Part shown: in pieces, positions 39,693-50,749 of the stretch
Position numbering within the stretch: position 1 is the stretch's first letter
Layout: the number at the start of each line of letters is the position of its first letter
From: an uncultured Holophaga sp.
Lineage (GTDB): Bacteria; Acidobacteriota; Holophagae; Holophagales; Holophagaceae
Direction: 5' to 3'
Length of the DNA: 64,000 bases
Assembly (NCBI GenBank): GCA_963663375.1
Contig: OY760195.1
Coordinates: 1,881,613-1,945,612 of the forward strand
Notes under the pieces: generated by a model
Told to the model about the DNA's origin: nothing
Database searches by the model: none
Seen by the model: the letters and a program-made list of their open reading frames with translations, nothing else
Position numbers and translations under genes: made by a program

Positions 39693-40819
39693 TGAAACTG
39701 CCCTTTCGGGAGTCCTCCAAGGCCCCGGGAGCCCTGGAGGGCGTCCAGCGGGACGAGGTTCTCGCGGAATTATGCACGCGCCACCAGGCCTGCCTGCTGG
39801 CCACCCCCTACCTCAGCTTCGAATCCCGGATGCTGGAAGTGACGCCCAGCGAACTCTGCGTGCGGGCCACCATGAGCCGCGAGGCGGCCAAGCACGCCCT
39901 GGGTCAACAGCCGCTGAAGCTGCGATTTCCCTGGGGCCTCACCTTCTACTCGGGTACGACCAAGGTGCTCGGCTACGAGCAGGGCGAGCAGCGCCGCACC
40001 CTGCGCCTGGCGATTCCACCCTGGCTGGAGCCCGATGAGCAGCGCAAGGCCTTCCGCCTGGAGCGGGTGGGCCGCTGTCACGGCGCCCTGGGAAACCAGG
40101 AGGGAAACCTGCTGCGCATCACCCTGGAAAACATCTCGCAGCATGGCGCGGGGGTCTTCTGCCTGGAACCCATTCCCCCCGAGGGTTTCCAGACTGGGCG
40201 CGTCCTGTCGCTGGCCCTGGGGCTGGACCAGGGGCCCAGCCTGCGCTTCGAGGCGCGGGTCTGCCACGGCCAGGGCCAATACCTCGGCCTCCGGTTCGAT
40301 CCCAGGCCGGGACCGGAAACCGCCGGGGCCCTCCAGGAATGGCTGGACCCGCGCATCGAAGACACTCAGCGCCGGTGGGACGACCGCGCCGAACTCAGGG
40401 CCCATGCCGAACAGGCGGCCAGACCCAAGCTCCCCCCCGCCGGTGTGCTGTTGCTCTCCAGGGATCCGACTCTGACCGCCCAGGTGGCCGAAGCGCTGGA
40501 CAACCTCCAGCCCGTGCGGAGCGCCCCCCCCAGCATGGCTGCCTACAAGGAGACCCTCGAACCGCCGCCCCTGCTGTTGCTTTTAGATATTTCGGGAGCC
40601 GACGGCGAGGAACGCCATCGGCTGCGGGGACTGTTGGAGGGCCAGCCGCCCGGCTGTCCAATCCTGGTGCTCGGTCGCGAAGGCGACCCGGACACCTGGC
40701 GCACCCTGGCCTCGGACCTGAAGGCGCGGCTCTACCTCACCTGGAATCCCACCCAGATGGTGTTTTTCCGCAGGCTGGTGCTGGGCCTGATTCAGCGGCA
40801 CTGGAAACAGGCCGAGTAG
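39692..40819 (+). CDS. YcgR-like PilZ-domain protein, paralog 3
   Basis: Its ATG overlaps the paralog-2 stop (tgATG). RxxxR (QRKAFRLER) and NxSxxG (ENISQHGAGV). The C-terminal receiver-like domain keeps Asp residues at the beta1 and beta3 positions. Confidence 0.65.
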   Translation: MKLPFRESSKAPGALEGVQRDEVLAELCTRHQACLLATPYLSFESRMLEVTPSELCVRATMSREAAKHALGQQPLKLRFPWGLTFYSGTTKVLGYEQGEQRRTLRLAIPPWLEPDEQRKAFRLERVGRCHGALGNQEGNLLRITLENISQHGAGVFCLEPIPPEGFQTGRVLSLALGLDQGPSLRFEARVCHGQGQYLGLRFDPRPGPETAGALQEWLDPRIEDTQRRWDDRAELRAHAEQAARPKLPPAGVLLLSRDPTLTAQVAEALDNLQPVRSAPPSMAAYKETLEPPPLLLLLDISGADGEERHRLRGLLEGQPPGCPILVLGREGDPDTWRTLASDLKARLYLTWNPTQMVFFRRLVLGLIQRHWKQAE

Positions 40820-40870
40820 AATCGACCCAGGACGCGCGATCGGCGCGCTTCCCAACCGCCCTTTTGTGGA

Positions 40871-41692
40871 ATGCCCATGCACCCTTGCGTCCCGACCCTG
40901 ATTGCGGTCCTTCTGGCCAGCCATCCCAGCGCTTCTCAGCCTTCCGCCTCGCCCTCCATTGAAGCTCCCGCTCCCGCGTCGGTACCCCCGCCCGAGGCCG
41001 TGAAGAGCCCCTCGGGCCTGGCGACCCTGCGCCTGAAGGCCGGTCGCAATGCCGTGCAACCCGGGCACAAGGATTACGTCACCCTGCACTACACGGGCTG
41101 GACCCGGGACGGAAAAGTCTTCGACAGCACCCGTACCCGCCAGGAGCCCATGATCCTGGGCCTGGAGCGCTTGATGAAGGGCATGGGCGAAGGCCTGCAG
41201 CTCATGGTCGAAGGGGAGACGCGGCGCATGTGGATTCCCGAGGCCCTGGCCTTCGCCGGAGCTCCGGGGCGTCCCCAGGGCGATCTGGTCCTCGAGGTGG
41301 AATTGCTCTCGGTGGATCCCCCGCCCACCCAGGCTCCCGTAGATGTGGCCCAGCCCCCGGCCGAGGCCCGCATCACCAGCTCGGGGCTCGCCTTCCGCAC
41401 CCTGCGCCCGGGCACCGGTTCCCAGCACCCCACCCGTCGGAGTCATGTCAACGTCCACTACACCGGCTGGACCACCGACGGAAAGATGTTCGATAGCTCC
41501 GTCCTCCGCCGGGAATCCTCCGGCTTTCGCCTCAGCGAAGTCATCCCCGGCTGGACCGAAGGCATCCAGCTCATGGTGCAGGGCGAGAAGACCCGCTTCT
41601 GGATCCCCCAGAAACTCGCCTACCGCGGCGAGCGCGGCAAGCCCTCGGGTGTGCTTGTCTTCGACGTGGAGCTGCTGAGCTTCTGGGAGTAG
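40871..41692 (+). CDS. FKBP-type peptidyl-prolyl cis-trans isomerase, tandem FKBP domains, secreted
   Basis: Signal peptide followed by two FKBP domains (each of the form V..HYTGW..DGK.FDSS......G..IPGW.EG...M..GE.....IP..LAYG..G). Both repeats are readable in the translation. Confidence 0.8.
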   Translation: MPMHPCVPTLIAVLLASHPSASQPSASPSIEAPAPASVPPPEAVKSPSGLATLRLKAGRNAVQPGHKDYVTLHYTGWTRDGKVFDSTRTRQEPMILGLERLMKGMGEGLQLMVEGETRRMWIPEALAFAGAPGRPQGDLVLEVELLSVDPPPTQAPVDVAQPPAEARITSSGLAFRTLRPGTGSQHPTRRSHVNVHYTGWTTDGKMFDSSVLRRESSGFRLSEVIPGWTEGIQLMVQGEKTRFWIPQKLAYRGERGKPSGVLVFDVELLSFWE

Positions 41693-41764
41693 GTCGCCAA
41701 CGTCAGTGAGGAAACCCACAGGAGCGAGGGGGTATCATGCCTCCATCGCCCCCGCGGAGTCCTC

Positions 41765-43369
41765 ATGTCCCGTGAAGCCATGTCTCCATGCGTCTTCGAT
41801 CGCCGCAGCTTCCTGGCTGTAGGGGGTGCTGCCCTGGCGGGGGGCGTGATGCTGCAGGGCGCCAAACCCAGTCCCTCGGCTTCCTTGTCCCTGGAAGAGG
41901 CCACCCTCGACCAGCTCCAGGCGGAACTTGCGGCGGGCCGTCTGACCTGCCGGAAACTGACATCCAAATACCTCGCCCGTATCCGTGCCCTCGACCAAGG
42001 CGGACCCGCCTTGCATTCGGTAATCGAGATCAATCCGGATGCCCTCGCCCTCGCCGAAGAACTCGATGCGGAACGGCAGAAAACCGGCCCTCGGAGCGCC
42101 CTGCACGGCATCCCCGTCCTGCTCAAGGACAACCTCGACACGGCGGATCGCATGAAGACCACAGCGGGCTCCCTGGCCCTGGCCGATGCGCCCGCCCCCA
42201 GTCGCGACGCCTTCATCGTGCAGCGTCTGCGGGAAACGGGCGCCCTGATTCTCGGGAAGACCAATCTCAGCGAGTGGGCCAACTTCCGTTCCACCCGCAG
42301 CACCAGTGGCTGGAGCGGGCGCGGCGGCCAGACTCGCAATCCCTACGCCCTGGATCGCAGTCCCTCGGGGTCTTCCTCCGGCAGCGCCGTGGCCGTGGCG
42401 GCCAACCTCTGTGCGGTGGCCGTGGGCACGGAAACCGACGGCTCCATCGTGAGCCCCGCCAGCATGGCCAGCCTGGTGGGCCTGAAACCCACGGTGGGGC
42501 TCCTGAGCCGCAGTGGCATCATCCCCATTTCCCACACCCAGGACACCGCAGGGCCGATGACCCGCACCGTGCGGGATGCCGCGATCCTGCTCACCCTGCT
42601 GGCGGGCCCGGACCCTCGGGATCCCGCCACCACGGAAGGCGGCCGCCCAGCCCCTACGGACTACGCTCGGCATCTGGATTCGAAGGGCCTGCAGGGCGCA
42701 CGCCTGGGGCTGGTTTCCGGCCTGCTCGGGCAGCACGGCCCCCTGGACCGCGCCCTTCGGCCCGCCCTGGAGGCGCTGAAGACCTGCGGCGCCACGGTGG
42801 TGGACGTGGAACTCACGTCCAGCGCCTACGACAAGGCCGAGCTGGAGATTCTGCTCTACGAGTTCAAGGCCGATCTGGAGGCCTACCTCGCGGGCCGGGG
42901 AGGGGCCGTGAAGAACCTCGCCGACCTCATCGCCTTCAACGAACGACACAAGGAGAAGGAGATGCCCTTCTTCGACCAGGAACTCCTGCATCAGGCCCGG
43001 GCCAAGGGACCGCTCACCGAGCCCGCCTACCTGAAGGCCCTGGAGGCCACTCGCCAGGCTCGACGGGATATCGAAGACGTTCTCAAAAAACACCAACTCG
43101 CGGCCCTGATCGCACCCACGGGCGCACCGGCCTGGCTCACGGATCCGGTGAATGGCGATGCCTCCGGTTTCAGCTGTTCCAGCTTCGCCGCCGTGGCGGG
43201 AACCCCGCACATCACCGTGCCCGCAGGGTTCGTCTGCGGCCTGCCCGTGGGCCTCAGCTTCTTCGGCCGGGCCTGGAGCGAGCCCACCCTGCTCGCCCTC
43301 GCCTATGCCTTCGAGCAGGCCACCCAGGCCCGGCGCATGCCCCGGTTCGCGCCCACGGCGAGCCTGTGA
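41765..43369 (+). CDS. Amidase-signature family enzyme with Tat signal peptide
   Basis: Twin-arginine motif [16 protein letters not shown]. Amidase signature [13 protein letters not shown] with catalytic Ser and Lys residues. Confidence 0.8.
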   Translation: MSREAMSPCVFDRRSFLAVGGAALAGGVMLQGAKPSPSASLSLEEATLDQLQAELAAGRLTCRKLTSKYLARIRALDQGGPALHSVIEINPDALALAEELDAERQKTGPRSALHGIPVLLKDNLDTADRMKTTAGSLALADAPAPSRDAFIVQRLRETGALILGKTNLSEWANFRSTRSTSGWSGRGGQTRNPYALDRSPSGSSSGSAVAVAANLCAVAVGTETDGSIVSPASMASLVGLKPTVGLLSRSGIIPISHTQDTAGPMTRTVRDAAILLTLLAGPDPRDPATTEGGRPAPTDYARHLDSKGLQGARLGLVSGLLGQHGPLDRALRPALEALKTCGATVVDVELTSSAYDKAELEILLYEFKADLEAYLAGRGGAVKNLADLIAFNERHKEKEMPFFDQELLHQARAKGPLTEPAYLKALEATRQARRDIEDVLKKHQLAALIAPTGAPAWLTDPVNGDASGFSCSSFAAVAGTPHITVPAGFVCGLPVGLSFFGRAWSEPTLLALAYAFEQATQARRMPRFAPTASL

Positions 43370-43371
43370 TC

Positions 43372-43899
43372 ATGCGCCCCTTCCGCCTCCTTCCCCTACT
43401 TCACGGACTGGCCCTGCTGGTGCTCTTCGCGCTCCCCTGGATGACCGTGAGCTGCCCCCACAAATCGACTCAGGTTCGGCCGGACACGATTCCCATCAGC
43501 GGCCTGGAGCTGGCCCTTGTCCCAGGCTCCATGCCCAAGCCGCAGCCTCCCGAAGGGTGGCCCACACCGACGAACACCGAGGTAAAGCGGGATCGTCCCG
43601 TACTCGACGCGGAGCATCCCTCCTACTGGCTGATCCCCGTGGCCGCGATCCTCGGGGGACTGCTCGCCTTCGGTCGACTCGGAACCTCCCATGGCCTGCG
43701 CCGCGCCGCCCTCCTGGCCTGGACTCTGGCCTGCCTCGCTCTGGCCCAAGGGGCGATCCGGGACACGCGGACCTTTCATGGATCGCCCTGGGGCTACCGC
43801 CTGGAGTGGCGGCTGTCCTTCTGGCTCACGGTGGCGCTGCTGCCGCCTTTAGGCCTCTGGGCCATCAAGCCCCGCCCCGCAACCAGACCAATCACGTAG
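43372..43899 (+). CDS. Hypothetical small membrane protein
   Basis: The ATG is 3 nt after the amidase stop. Four predicted TM helices. No known domain. Confidence 0.4.
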   Translation: MRPFRLLPLLHGLALLVLFALPWMTVSCPHKSTQVRPDTIPISGLELALVPGSMPKPQPPEGWPTPTNTEVKRDRPVLDAEHPSYWLIPVAAILGGLLAFGRLGTSHGLRRAALLAWTLACLALAQGAIRDTRTFHGSPWGYRLEWRLSFWLTVALLPPLGLWAIKPRPATRPIT

Positions 43900-44995
43900 C
43901 CGCGGCGCGCAATTCGTCCTCGCGCTCCTGCAGATCCCTCAGGAGCGCGAACTGGACCCGGGCGCGGTCCAGGTTGTGGCCCTCACGGTGGATGCGGAAG
44001 TAGCGATCACCTTCCAGGAAATCCGTGAGGAACCGCAGGCCCAAGGTGTAGGCGAAGACCTGGGTGGCACCCACCAGGTTCTCCCGTTCCACGGCGTTCA
44101 GCCCCTCACCGGTCCCTTCGAGAAATCCCTTGGCCAGGGCACCGAAGAGACTCGGCTCCACGCGCACCTTATCCAGCCGGGACTCGTCTTCGACCGCGCC
44201 ACAGGCCGCGCTGCGGGCGAGATCCCCGAAATCATAGAGGGGCAGCCCGGGCATCACCGTATCCAGATCGACCACGCAGAGGGCCGTATCCGCGGTGGCC
44301 TCGAAGAGCAGGTTGTCGAGCTTGGTGTCGTTGTGGACGATCCGCTCGCGCATGTCGCCTCGGGCGATGAACCCCGCGAAAAAATCCGCCAGGACGCGAT
44401 TGCCGAAGGCGAACCGGATCTCCGGCACGGCCTGGCTGGCCCGGTTGTGGGGATCCTGGTCCAGGGCCTCGCTGAAGGCCTGGAAACGCAGGCCTGCGTC
44501 ATGGAAGCGCGGGATGGTGGGGACGAGACTGGGCGGGGGCAGATCGCTCAAGAGCCGCTGAAAGACGCCATAGGCCCGGGCAGCTTCAAAGGCCTGGGCG
44601 GTGTTCTCCACCGCACCCAGGGTCCGGGTGCCCTCGATGAAGGGGAAGCAGCGCCAGTAGCCGCCTTCCTCATCCTGCACGAAATCGGCCCCCTCCTTCG
44701 AGGGGACCAGAGCGAGGGCGCGGCGCTCGAGATCCTCAACGCCTTCCTGGGCGAGCCGTGCGCGCACATGCCGGGTGACTCGGCCAAGGTTTCCCATGAG
44801 GGCCCGCGGATCCTGGAAGACACTGGCGTTGATCCGCTGCAGCAGGCAGCGGCGCTCGCCTCCGGGTTCACGGCATCCCACTAGAAAGGTCGCGTTGATG
44901 TGGCCGTTGCCGTAGGGCTTGGCCCAGCAGACTTCGGGTGCGAGCTGAAACCGCCGCGCGATGTCCCTTGGGTCGGGCGCCGCGGGGGCCTCCAC
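43892..44995 (-). CDS. Phosphotransferase-family kinase (APH/NahK-like)
   Basis: N-terminal G-rich loop GNGHINATF and catalytic HNDTKLDN, followed by a DxD motif. A GTG start at 44995 overlaps the stop of the upstream AraC gene. Confidence 0.6.
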   Translation of the reverse strand: MEAPAAPDPRDIARRFQLAPEVCWAKPYGNGHINATFLVGCREPGGERRCLLQRINASVFQDPRALMGNLGRVTRHVRARLAQEGVEDLERRALALVPSKEGADFVQDEEGGYWRCFPFIEGTRTLGAVENTAQAFEAARAYGVFQRLLSDLPPPSLVPTIPRFHDAGLRFQAFSEALDQDPHNRASQAVPEIRFAFGNRVLADFFAGFIARGDMRERIVHNDTKLDNLLFEATADTALCVVDLDTVMPGLPLYDFGDLARSAACGAVEDESRLDKVRVEPSLFGALAKGFLEGTGEGLNAVERENLVGATQVFAYTLGLRFLTDFLEGDRYFRIHREGHNLDRARVQFALLRDLQEREDELRAAAT

Positions 44996-44996
44996 G

Positions 44997-45857
44997 TCAG
45001 CCCTTCTTGGGGAACTGACGATCGTAGGCCTCCTGGGCGTACTTGCTGGGAGGCACACTGAAGCGCCGCTTGAAGGCCCGAGTGAAGGCACTGGCATCGT
45101 AGAAGCCAAGGTTGGTGGCCACATCTGAGGGCCGCTCGCCGTCGGAGAGCATCTGCACGGCGCGCTGGAGGCGTCGCTCAATCAGGTACTGATGGGGCGT
45201 CGTGCTGGTTGCTTCCCGGAAGAGGCGGATGAAGTGATCCGGCGTGCAGCGGGCGAGCTTGGCGAGATCCGGCACGGAGTTCTTGGAGCCGATGTGGGCC
45301 TCCATGTGATCCAGCACCAGTTGCAGGGTAGAGCGGGACAGGCGATAGGGGAAACGGCCCCGATCCTCTTTTTCCGTGAGGCGCTGAAGCTCGGCGCCTA
45401 GAAGGATGAGGAAGAGCTCCCGGGTCATGAGCTGAAGCCCGTCCGGATGGGACATTTCCAGGGTAAAGATATCGAAGAGCTGCTTCAGGCTCTGGCTGCG
45501 AAGGGACGCGAAGCTCTGCTCCTGCCACTTGCGGGGCGGGTGCTGAAGGATGCTCACCAGGGGCTCGGGGAAGGGCCCATCCAACTGCAGGGCGGTGAAG
45601 CCGAAGGGTTGATCGGCCACGTGGCGCTTCAGGTTGTGGCCGAAACCCGGCAGCAGGAGCGCCAGGCTCCCCCGAGGCACGATGCCTTCCTCGTGGTCTT
45701 CGCCCGTGCAGACCCGCACGGGGCCGGTGGGCAGGAGAAGCGTCCAGGAATCACGGCTGGGAGCGGCCTTGGCGGGCACGGGATCCCGCTTGAGGATGAC
45801 GAGCCGCAGTGAGCCGCTGGTGCAGGTTTGGAGGTTTTTGGGATCGTGGTTGGGCAT
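44997..45857 (-). CDS. AraC-family transcriptional regulator (cupin + HTH)
   Basis: C-terminal AraC HTH pair (QYLIERRLQRAVQML...) and an N-terminal cupin-like domain. The start is at MPNHD. Confidence 0.7.
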   Translation of the reverse strand: MPNHDPKNLQTCTSGSLRLVILKRDPVPAKAAPSRDSWTLLLPTGPVRVCTGEDHEEGIVPRGSLALLLPGFGHNLKRHVADQPFGFTALQLDGPFPEPLVSILQHPPRKWQEQSFASLRSQSLKQLFDIFTLEMSHPDGLQLMTRELFLILLGAELQRLTEKEDRGRFPYRLSRSTLQLVLDHMEAHIGSKNSVPDLAKLARCTPDHFIRLFREATSTTPHQYLIERRLQRAVQMLSDGERPSDVATNLGFYDASAFTRAFKRRFSVPPSKYAQEAYDRQFPKKG

Positions 45858-45968
45858 GGCAGCTGTGAAAAATCCGAATAGAAATACAAGGAAGGATGGC
45901 ACCGTTCCCGGGGTACGTCATGTTTTTTTCTAGGTCGGCATTTTTTCCCGCCTGGATTTTTTGCCGAA

Positions 45969-46409
45969 CTAAGGGTCATTCCTCGCAACTCGAGGGTTTG
46001 TAAAATCCTTCAATTCCTCCAGCCGCCGCCGGATCTCGTCCCGGGCCGCCCGAAACCGTTCGCGCATCTGGTCAGGCATGAGGCTCGGATCGTCGCTGGC
46101 GGGATCGGGAATGGGCCAATGGAGGCGCTCCGCCTGGCCCAAGAAGAGCGGACAGACCTCCTCGGCGCACAGGGTGATCACGAGATCCACGGTGGCGGGG
46201 TCGATATCCTGCACAGATTTCGAGGTGTGGGACCTGGCATCGATGTCGAGCTCGGCCAGGACCTCGATGGCATAAGGGTTCACGCGGCTGGGGCGACTGC
46301 CCGCGCTCTGGATGCGGAGGCCGGGAAACATCTGGCGGGCGAGGCCCTCTCCCATCTGGGAGCGGGCGCTGTTGGCGACACAGAGAAACAGGAGGCCGGT
46401 GGGGGTCAT
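45969..46409 (-). CDS. arsC: Arsenate reductase (LMW-PTP family, thioredoxin-coupled ArsC)
   Basis: P-loop [16 protein letters not shown] (CX5R) and a downstream Cys pair typical of Trx-coupled ArsC. The start is at MTPTG. Confidence 0.8.
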   Translation of the reverse strand: MTPTGLLFLCVANSARSQMGEGLARQMFPGLRIQSAGSRPSRVNPYAIEVLAELDIDARSHTSKSVQDIDPATVDLVITLCAEEVCPLFLGQAERLHWPIPDPASDDPSLMPDQMRERFRAARDEIRRRLEELKDFTNPRVARNDP

Positions 46410-46846
46410 GGGGATTCCTTGGGATGGGGTGAGGCCGCTCGGTCCTTCCTGGATCTCATGACACAGGCGCACTCGCCGTGAAGCAGCGCCTCCGGGTCGG
46501 TGACGAGAGGCATGTCCGCCTGGTCCCAGGCCAGCATGCCGCCATTCAGGCAGGCGAGCCTTTCGAAGCCGAGCGCCTTGAGGGCCGCAGCCGCGCCCTT
46601 GGTGTAGACACCAGAGGAATCGGCCAAGACCAGCAGGCGGTCCTGGGGAAGTTCCAGCGCGCGCTCCGCGAGGACGGCATGGGGAAGGTGGATCACTTCA
46701 GGAACCGAGAAGGCCTTCATCTCGACCAGATCATCACTGCGAAGATCTACCAGCACCGCCCCCTGCTGGAGGACGGCCAGGGCCTCCTGGGGCGCCAGGA
46801 AAAGGAGCCCCTGGATGAGCATTCCCGGCGCTCGATTTTCGGTCAT
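46406..46846 (-). CDS. Rhodanese-domain protein in ars operon
   Basis: Single rhodanese fold (LVDLRSDDL...CLNGGMLAW). It is translationally coupled to arsC (ATGA overlap). A catalytic-loop Cys is present, but the loop is atypical. Confidence 0.55.
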   Translation of the reverse strand: MTENRAPGMLIQGLLFLAPQEALAVLQQGAVLVDLRSDDLVEMKAFSVPEVIHLPHAVLAERALELPQDRLLVLADSSGVYTKGAAAALKALGFERLACLNGGMLAWDQADMPLVTDPEALLHGECACVMRSRKDRAASPHPKESP

Positions 46847-46874
46847 CGAAACCTCCTTCCCAGGAGTCGCGGAC

Positions 46875-47951
<1,077 letters not shown>

Positions 47952-47964
47952 GTGGGCTCCGAAT

Positions 47965-48798
47965 TCACGCGGGCTTGCGGGCGGAAATGATCAGACTGGC
48001 GATGAAATGGGAGGGCTGGGTTCCTTCCGGAAGATGATCCCGCACCAGGATGGCCATGGAATCCCAGGCGGGGAGCATGGCCTCCACGGCGCCCTCCTTG
48101 GGCGTCAGGACCAGATCCACCAGCCCCGCCTCGGCGACCATCTGCTTGAGCTCCTCCTGGAGTGCTGCTCCCGCGATGCAGCCCACCAGAGCCTCAACGC
48201 TCGCGCGGAGGGCCTCCGGCAGCGGCTGCAGCAGAACCATGTCGGAGATCGACACGCGTCCGCCAGGTTTCAGCACCCGGGCGATCTCCTTCCAGACCCT
48301 GCCCTGGTCGGGGCTGAGGTTCAGGACACAGTTGGAGATCACCACATCCACCGAGGCGTCCGGCAGGGGCAGCGCCTCGATCTGGCCGTGATGGAACGCC
48401 ACATTGTCCAGGCCCGTCCGCAAACGGAAGGCCTCGGCATTCCGCTGGGCCTTGGCGATCATTTCGAGGGTCATGTCCACGCCGATGGCCCGGCCCCCGA
48501 AGCCCACTCGCTGGGCCGCCAGGAACACATCCAACCCGGCGCCACTGCCCAGATCCAGAACGGTTTCTCCGGGCTTCAATTCCGCCAGGGCCGTGGGATT
48601 GCCGCAGGAGAGGCCGAGATTCGCGCCCTCGGGCAGGGTGGCCAGTTCGGCATCGGAATACCCAACACCCAGGGCGACCTCCGCGGCGCGCCCGCCGCAG
48701 CAGGATGACTGAGGCCCACAGCAACCGCCCCCGGCCACCGCGATGCGGCCGTAGGCCTGGCGGACAGATTCATGGATGGGATGGCTGGAGGTGTCCAT
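47965..48798 (-). CDS. arsM: Arsenite S-adenosylmethionine methyltransferase
   Basis: ArsM N-terminus with arsenite-binding Cys pairs ([11 protein letters not shown]), the SAM motif VLDLGSGAG, and a downstream conserved Cys (LVGCIAGA). The start is at MDTSSHP. Confidence 0.8.
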   Translation of the reverse strand: MDTSSHPIHESVRQAYGRIAVAGGGCCGPQSSCCGGRAAEVALGVGYSDAELATLPEGANLGLSCGNPTALAELKPGETVLDLGSGAGLDVFLAAQRVGFGGRAIGVDMTLEMIAKAQRNAEAFRLRTGLDNVAFHHGQIEALPLPDASVDVVISNCVLNLSPDQGRVWKEIARVLKPGGRVSISDMVLLQPLPEALRASVEALVGCIAGAALQEELKQMVAEAGLVDLVLTPKEGAVEAMLPAWDSMAILVRDHLPEGTQPSHFIASLIISARKPA

Positions 48799-48809
48799 GG
48801 GGAATCCTT

Positions 48810-49130
48810 TCAGAAGCTCTTGCGGGTACAGCAACCGCTTCCACCCTTGCAGCAGTCCTCCCAGAGGTACTCGGTGAGGCTTTGCAGGATGGCGAAATCC
48901 GCCCGGTAGCGGAGGAAGGTGCCTTCGCGCTCCACCTTGACCAGGCTCGCCTCGGCCAGGGCCGCAAGGTGATGACTCAGGGTGGAGGCGGGAATGCCAA
49001 GGCGATCCTGGAGTTCCCCCGCGGGCGTGCCCCCCTCGGGCCCCTGGACCACGAAACGAAGAATGGAGAGCCGCACCGGATGGCCCAGGGCCTTCAGGCG
49101 ACCGGCATTCAGCTCCAGGCGTTTGACCAC
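48810..49130 (-). CDS. arsR: ArsR/SmtB-family arsenic-responsive repressor
   Basis: Winged HTH (HPVRLSILRFV...STLSHHLAAL) and a C-terminal Cys cluster (CCKGGSGCC), a candidate As(III) sensing site. GTG start with a gggagg RBS. Confidence 0.8.
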   Translation of the reverse strand: MVKRLELNAGRLKALGHPVRLSILRFVVQGPEGGTPAGELQDRLGIPASTLSHHLAALAEASLVKVEREGTFLRYRADFAILQSLTEYLWEDCCKGGSGCCTRKSF

Positions 49131-49149
49131 GGTGGCCTCCCGCCTTTAA

Positions 49150-49200
49150 TTCTAGAATTCTCGAAATAGTCCGCAAGGGATTATTTCGAGAATTCTAGAA
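49150..49200. promoter_or_regulatory. Perfect 19-bp inverted repeat (ttctagaattctcgaaata - 13 nt - tatttcgagaattctagaa): candidate ArsR operator
   Basis: Exact 19/19 reverse-complement arms located between the CMD-like gene and arsR. The region is AT-rich relative to the genome, and the arms themselves contain nested tctaga/gaattc/ttcgaa palindromes. Confidence 0.6.
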
Positions 49201-49231
49201 ACAACCGCTCTCCTCTGTTGCCTCGTGGCGC

Positions 49232-49579
49232 TCAGTGGCAGCCGCAGCCGCCCTCGCCGCAGCCTTCCTCGCTGCACTCGCCCTCTTCGCAGCCGCACTC
49301 GCCGCCGCCGCCACAGCAGCCACCCTCGGGCTTAGCGCCGCCCACGAGGTAATGCTCGGCCATCTCCACCAGGGAGCGGTGGGGTGCCATCTTGACCTGG
49401 AGCGCGATGTTCACGGCCTTGATCATGTCCTCCCGGGCCACCCCCAGCTTGTGCAAGCGGAAGTGGTGGACCTGGAAGGCCTCCTCATTGTTGGCGGCCA
49501 TGGCCGCGCCCAGGGCGATGAGCTCCGTGACGGCTTCGTTGATCTGGGTTTCGGCGGGGGCGGCGGCTTCTTGACTCAT
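49232..49579 (-). CDS. Carboxymuconolactone decarboxylase (AhpD-like) family protein with C-terminal Cys/Gly/Glu-rich tail
   Basis: CMD-domain core (HHFRLHKLGVAREDMIKAVNIAL). A C-terminal 35 aa (CCGGGGECGCEEGECSEEGCGEGGCGCH) carries 10 Cys. It lies directly upstream of, and co-directional with, the ars operon. Confidence 0.55.
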   Translation of the reverse strand: MSQEAAAPAETQINEAVTELIALGAAMAANNEEAFQVHHFRLHKLGVAREDMIKAVNIALQVKMAPHRSLVEMAEHYLVGGAKPEGGCCGGGGECGCEEGECSEEGCGEGGCGCH

Positions 49580-49836
49580 GGGAGGCTCCAGAGAGAACGG
49601 GTGAGGCCTGATCGGGAAGTCGGTTCACCCGCATTCCTGGCCATCTCCTAGGATGCCAGAAGGGGTGTGCATGAGCCCAACAGGAACGAGGGGGGACCGC
49701 CTGCTTCCTTCGGTCGCGATGTCCCCCCTCTGACCCCCACGTGGTGTCCGGGGCAAGCCCAGACACCCCGTCCGGGCCCTGGCTCACGCCTCACAATCAT
49801 CGTATTATGATGCCTTTGCCTCCGCGCTGGAGTTCC

Positions 49837-50736
49837 ATGCCCTACATCGGTGAATTCGCCTCGATCCTCACGGCCATCTGCTGGTCTGCCAACTCCGTGT
49901 GTTTCACCATCGCCGGGCGGCGGGTGGGCAGTTCCACGGTGAACATCGTCCGGCTCTGGATCGCCTTGCTCGCCATGCTGCTGCTGCACCTGGCCATGTC
50001 CGGCAGCCTGTTTCCCCATCCCGAACCCTGGCGGCTGAGCGTGCTGGGCATCTCGGGGCTCATCGGCTTCGCCCTCGGGGATGCCGTGCTCTTCGAGGCC
50101 CTGGTGCTGCTGGGGCCGCGACTCACCATGCTCATCATGACGCTGTGGCCGGTCTTCGCGGCGGTGCTGGCCTGGGCGCTGCTTGGCCAGACCATGAGCT
50201 GGCCCCGGATCCTGGCCATGGCCACGACCCTGGGGGGCATCGCCCTAGTGGTGGGCGATCACTCCTCCGCCGCAGACGGCGGGAAACCGAAGAGGCTCAC
50301 CCTGGGCATCCTGCTCGCCCTGGGCGGCGCGCTGGGTCAGGCCATCGGTTTCCTTCTATCCAAGTACGGCATGGCGGGTGACTATAGCCCCATCTCCGCC
50401 AATCTCATTCGCGTGAGCGCCGGCACCCTCGCCCTTTCCATCTGGCTTCTGCTGCGTAAGCAACTGCTGGACAATTTCCTGCGCCTCAAGGATCGCCGCG
50501 CCTTCGCCTTCATCGCCCTGGGCGCGGTCACGGGCCCGGTGCTGGGCGTAGTGCTCTCCCTCTTCGCCATCGGCCATGCCAAGTATCTCGGCGTGGCCTC
50601 CACGCTCATGTCCCTCTCCCCGGTAATCCTTTTGCCGGTCTCGTTCTTTGCCTTCAAGGAGCGCGTGACGCCCCTCGCCATTCTGGGCACCCTCATCACC
50701 CTGGCGGGGGCCGCGGCGCTCTTCTTCCTGAAGTGA
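49837..50736 (+). CDS. DMT-superfamily transporter (EamA/RarD-like)
   Basis: Ten TM helices with duplicated EamA domains. The start is at MPYIGEF. Confidence 0.7.
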   Translation: MPYIGEFASILTAICWSANSVCFTIAGRRVGSSTVNIVRLWIALLAMLLLHLAMSGSLFPHPEPWRLSVLGISGLIGFALGDAVLFEALVLLGPRLTMLIMTLWPVFAAVLAWALLGQTMSWPRILAMATTLGGIALVVGDHSSAADGGKPKRLTLGILLALGGALGQAIGFLLSKYGMAGDYSPISANLIRVSAGTLALSIWLLLRKQLLDNFLRLKDRRAFAFIALGAVTGPVLGVVLSLFAIGHAKYLGVASTLMSLSPVILLPVSFFAFKERVTPLAILGTLITLAGAAALFFLK

Positions 50737-50749
50737 CCTACGCAGAGAA

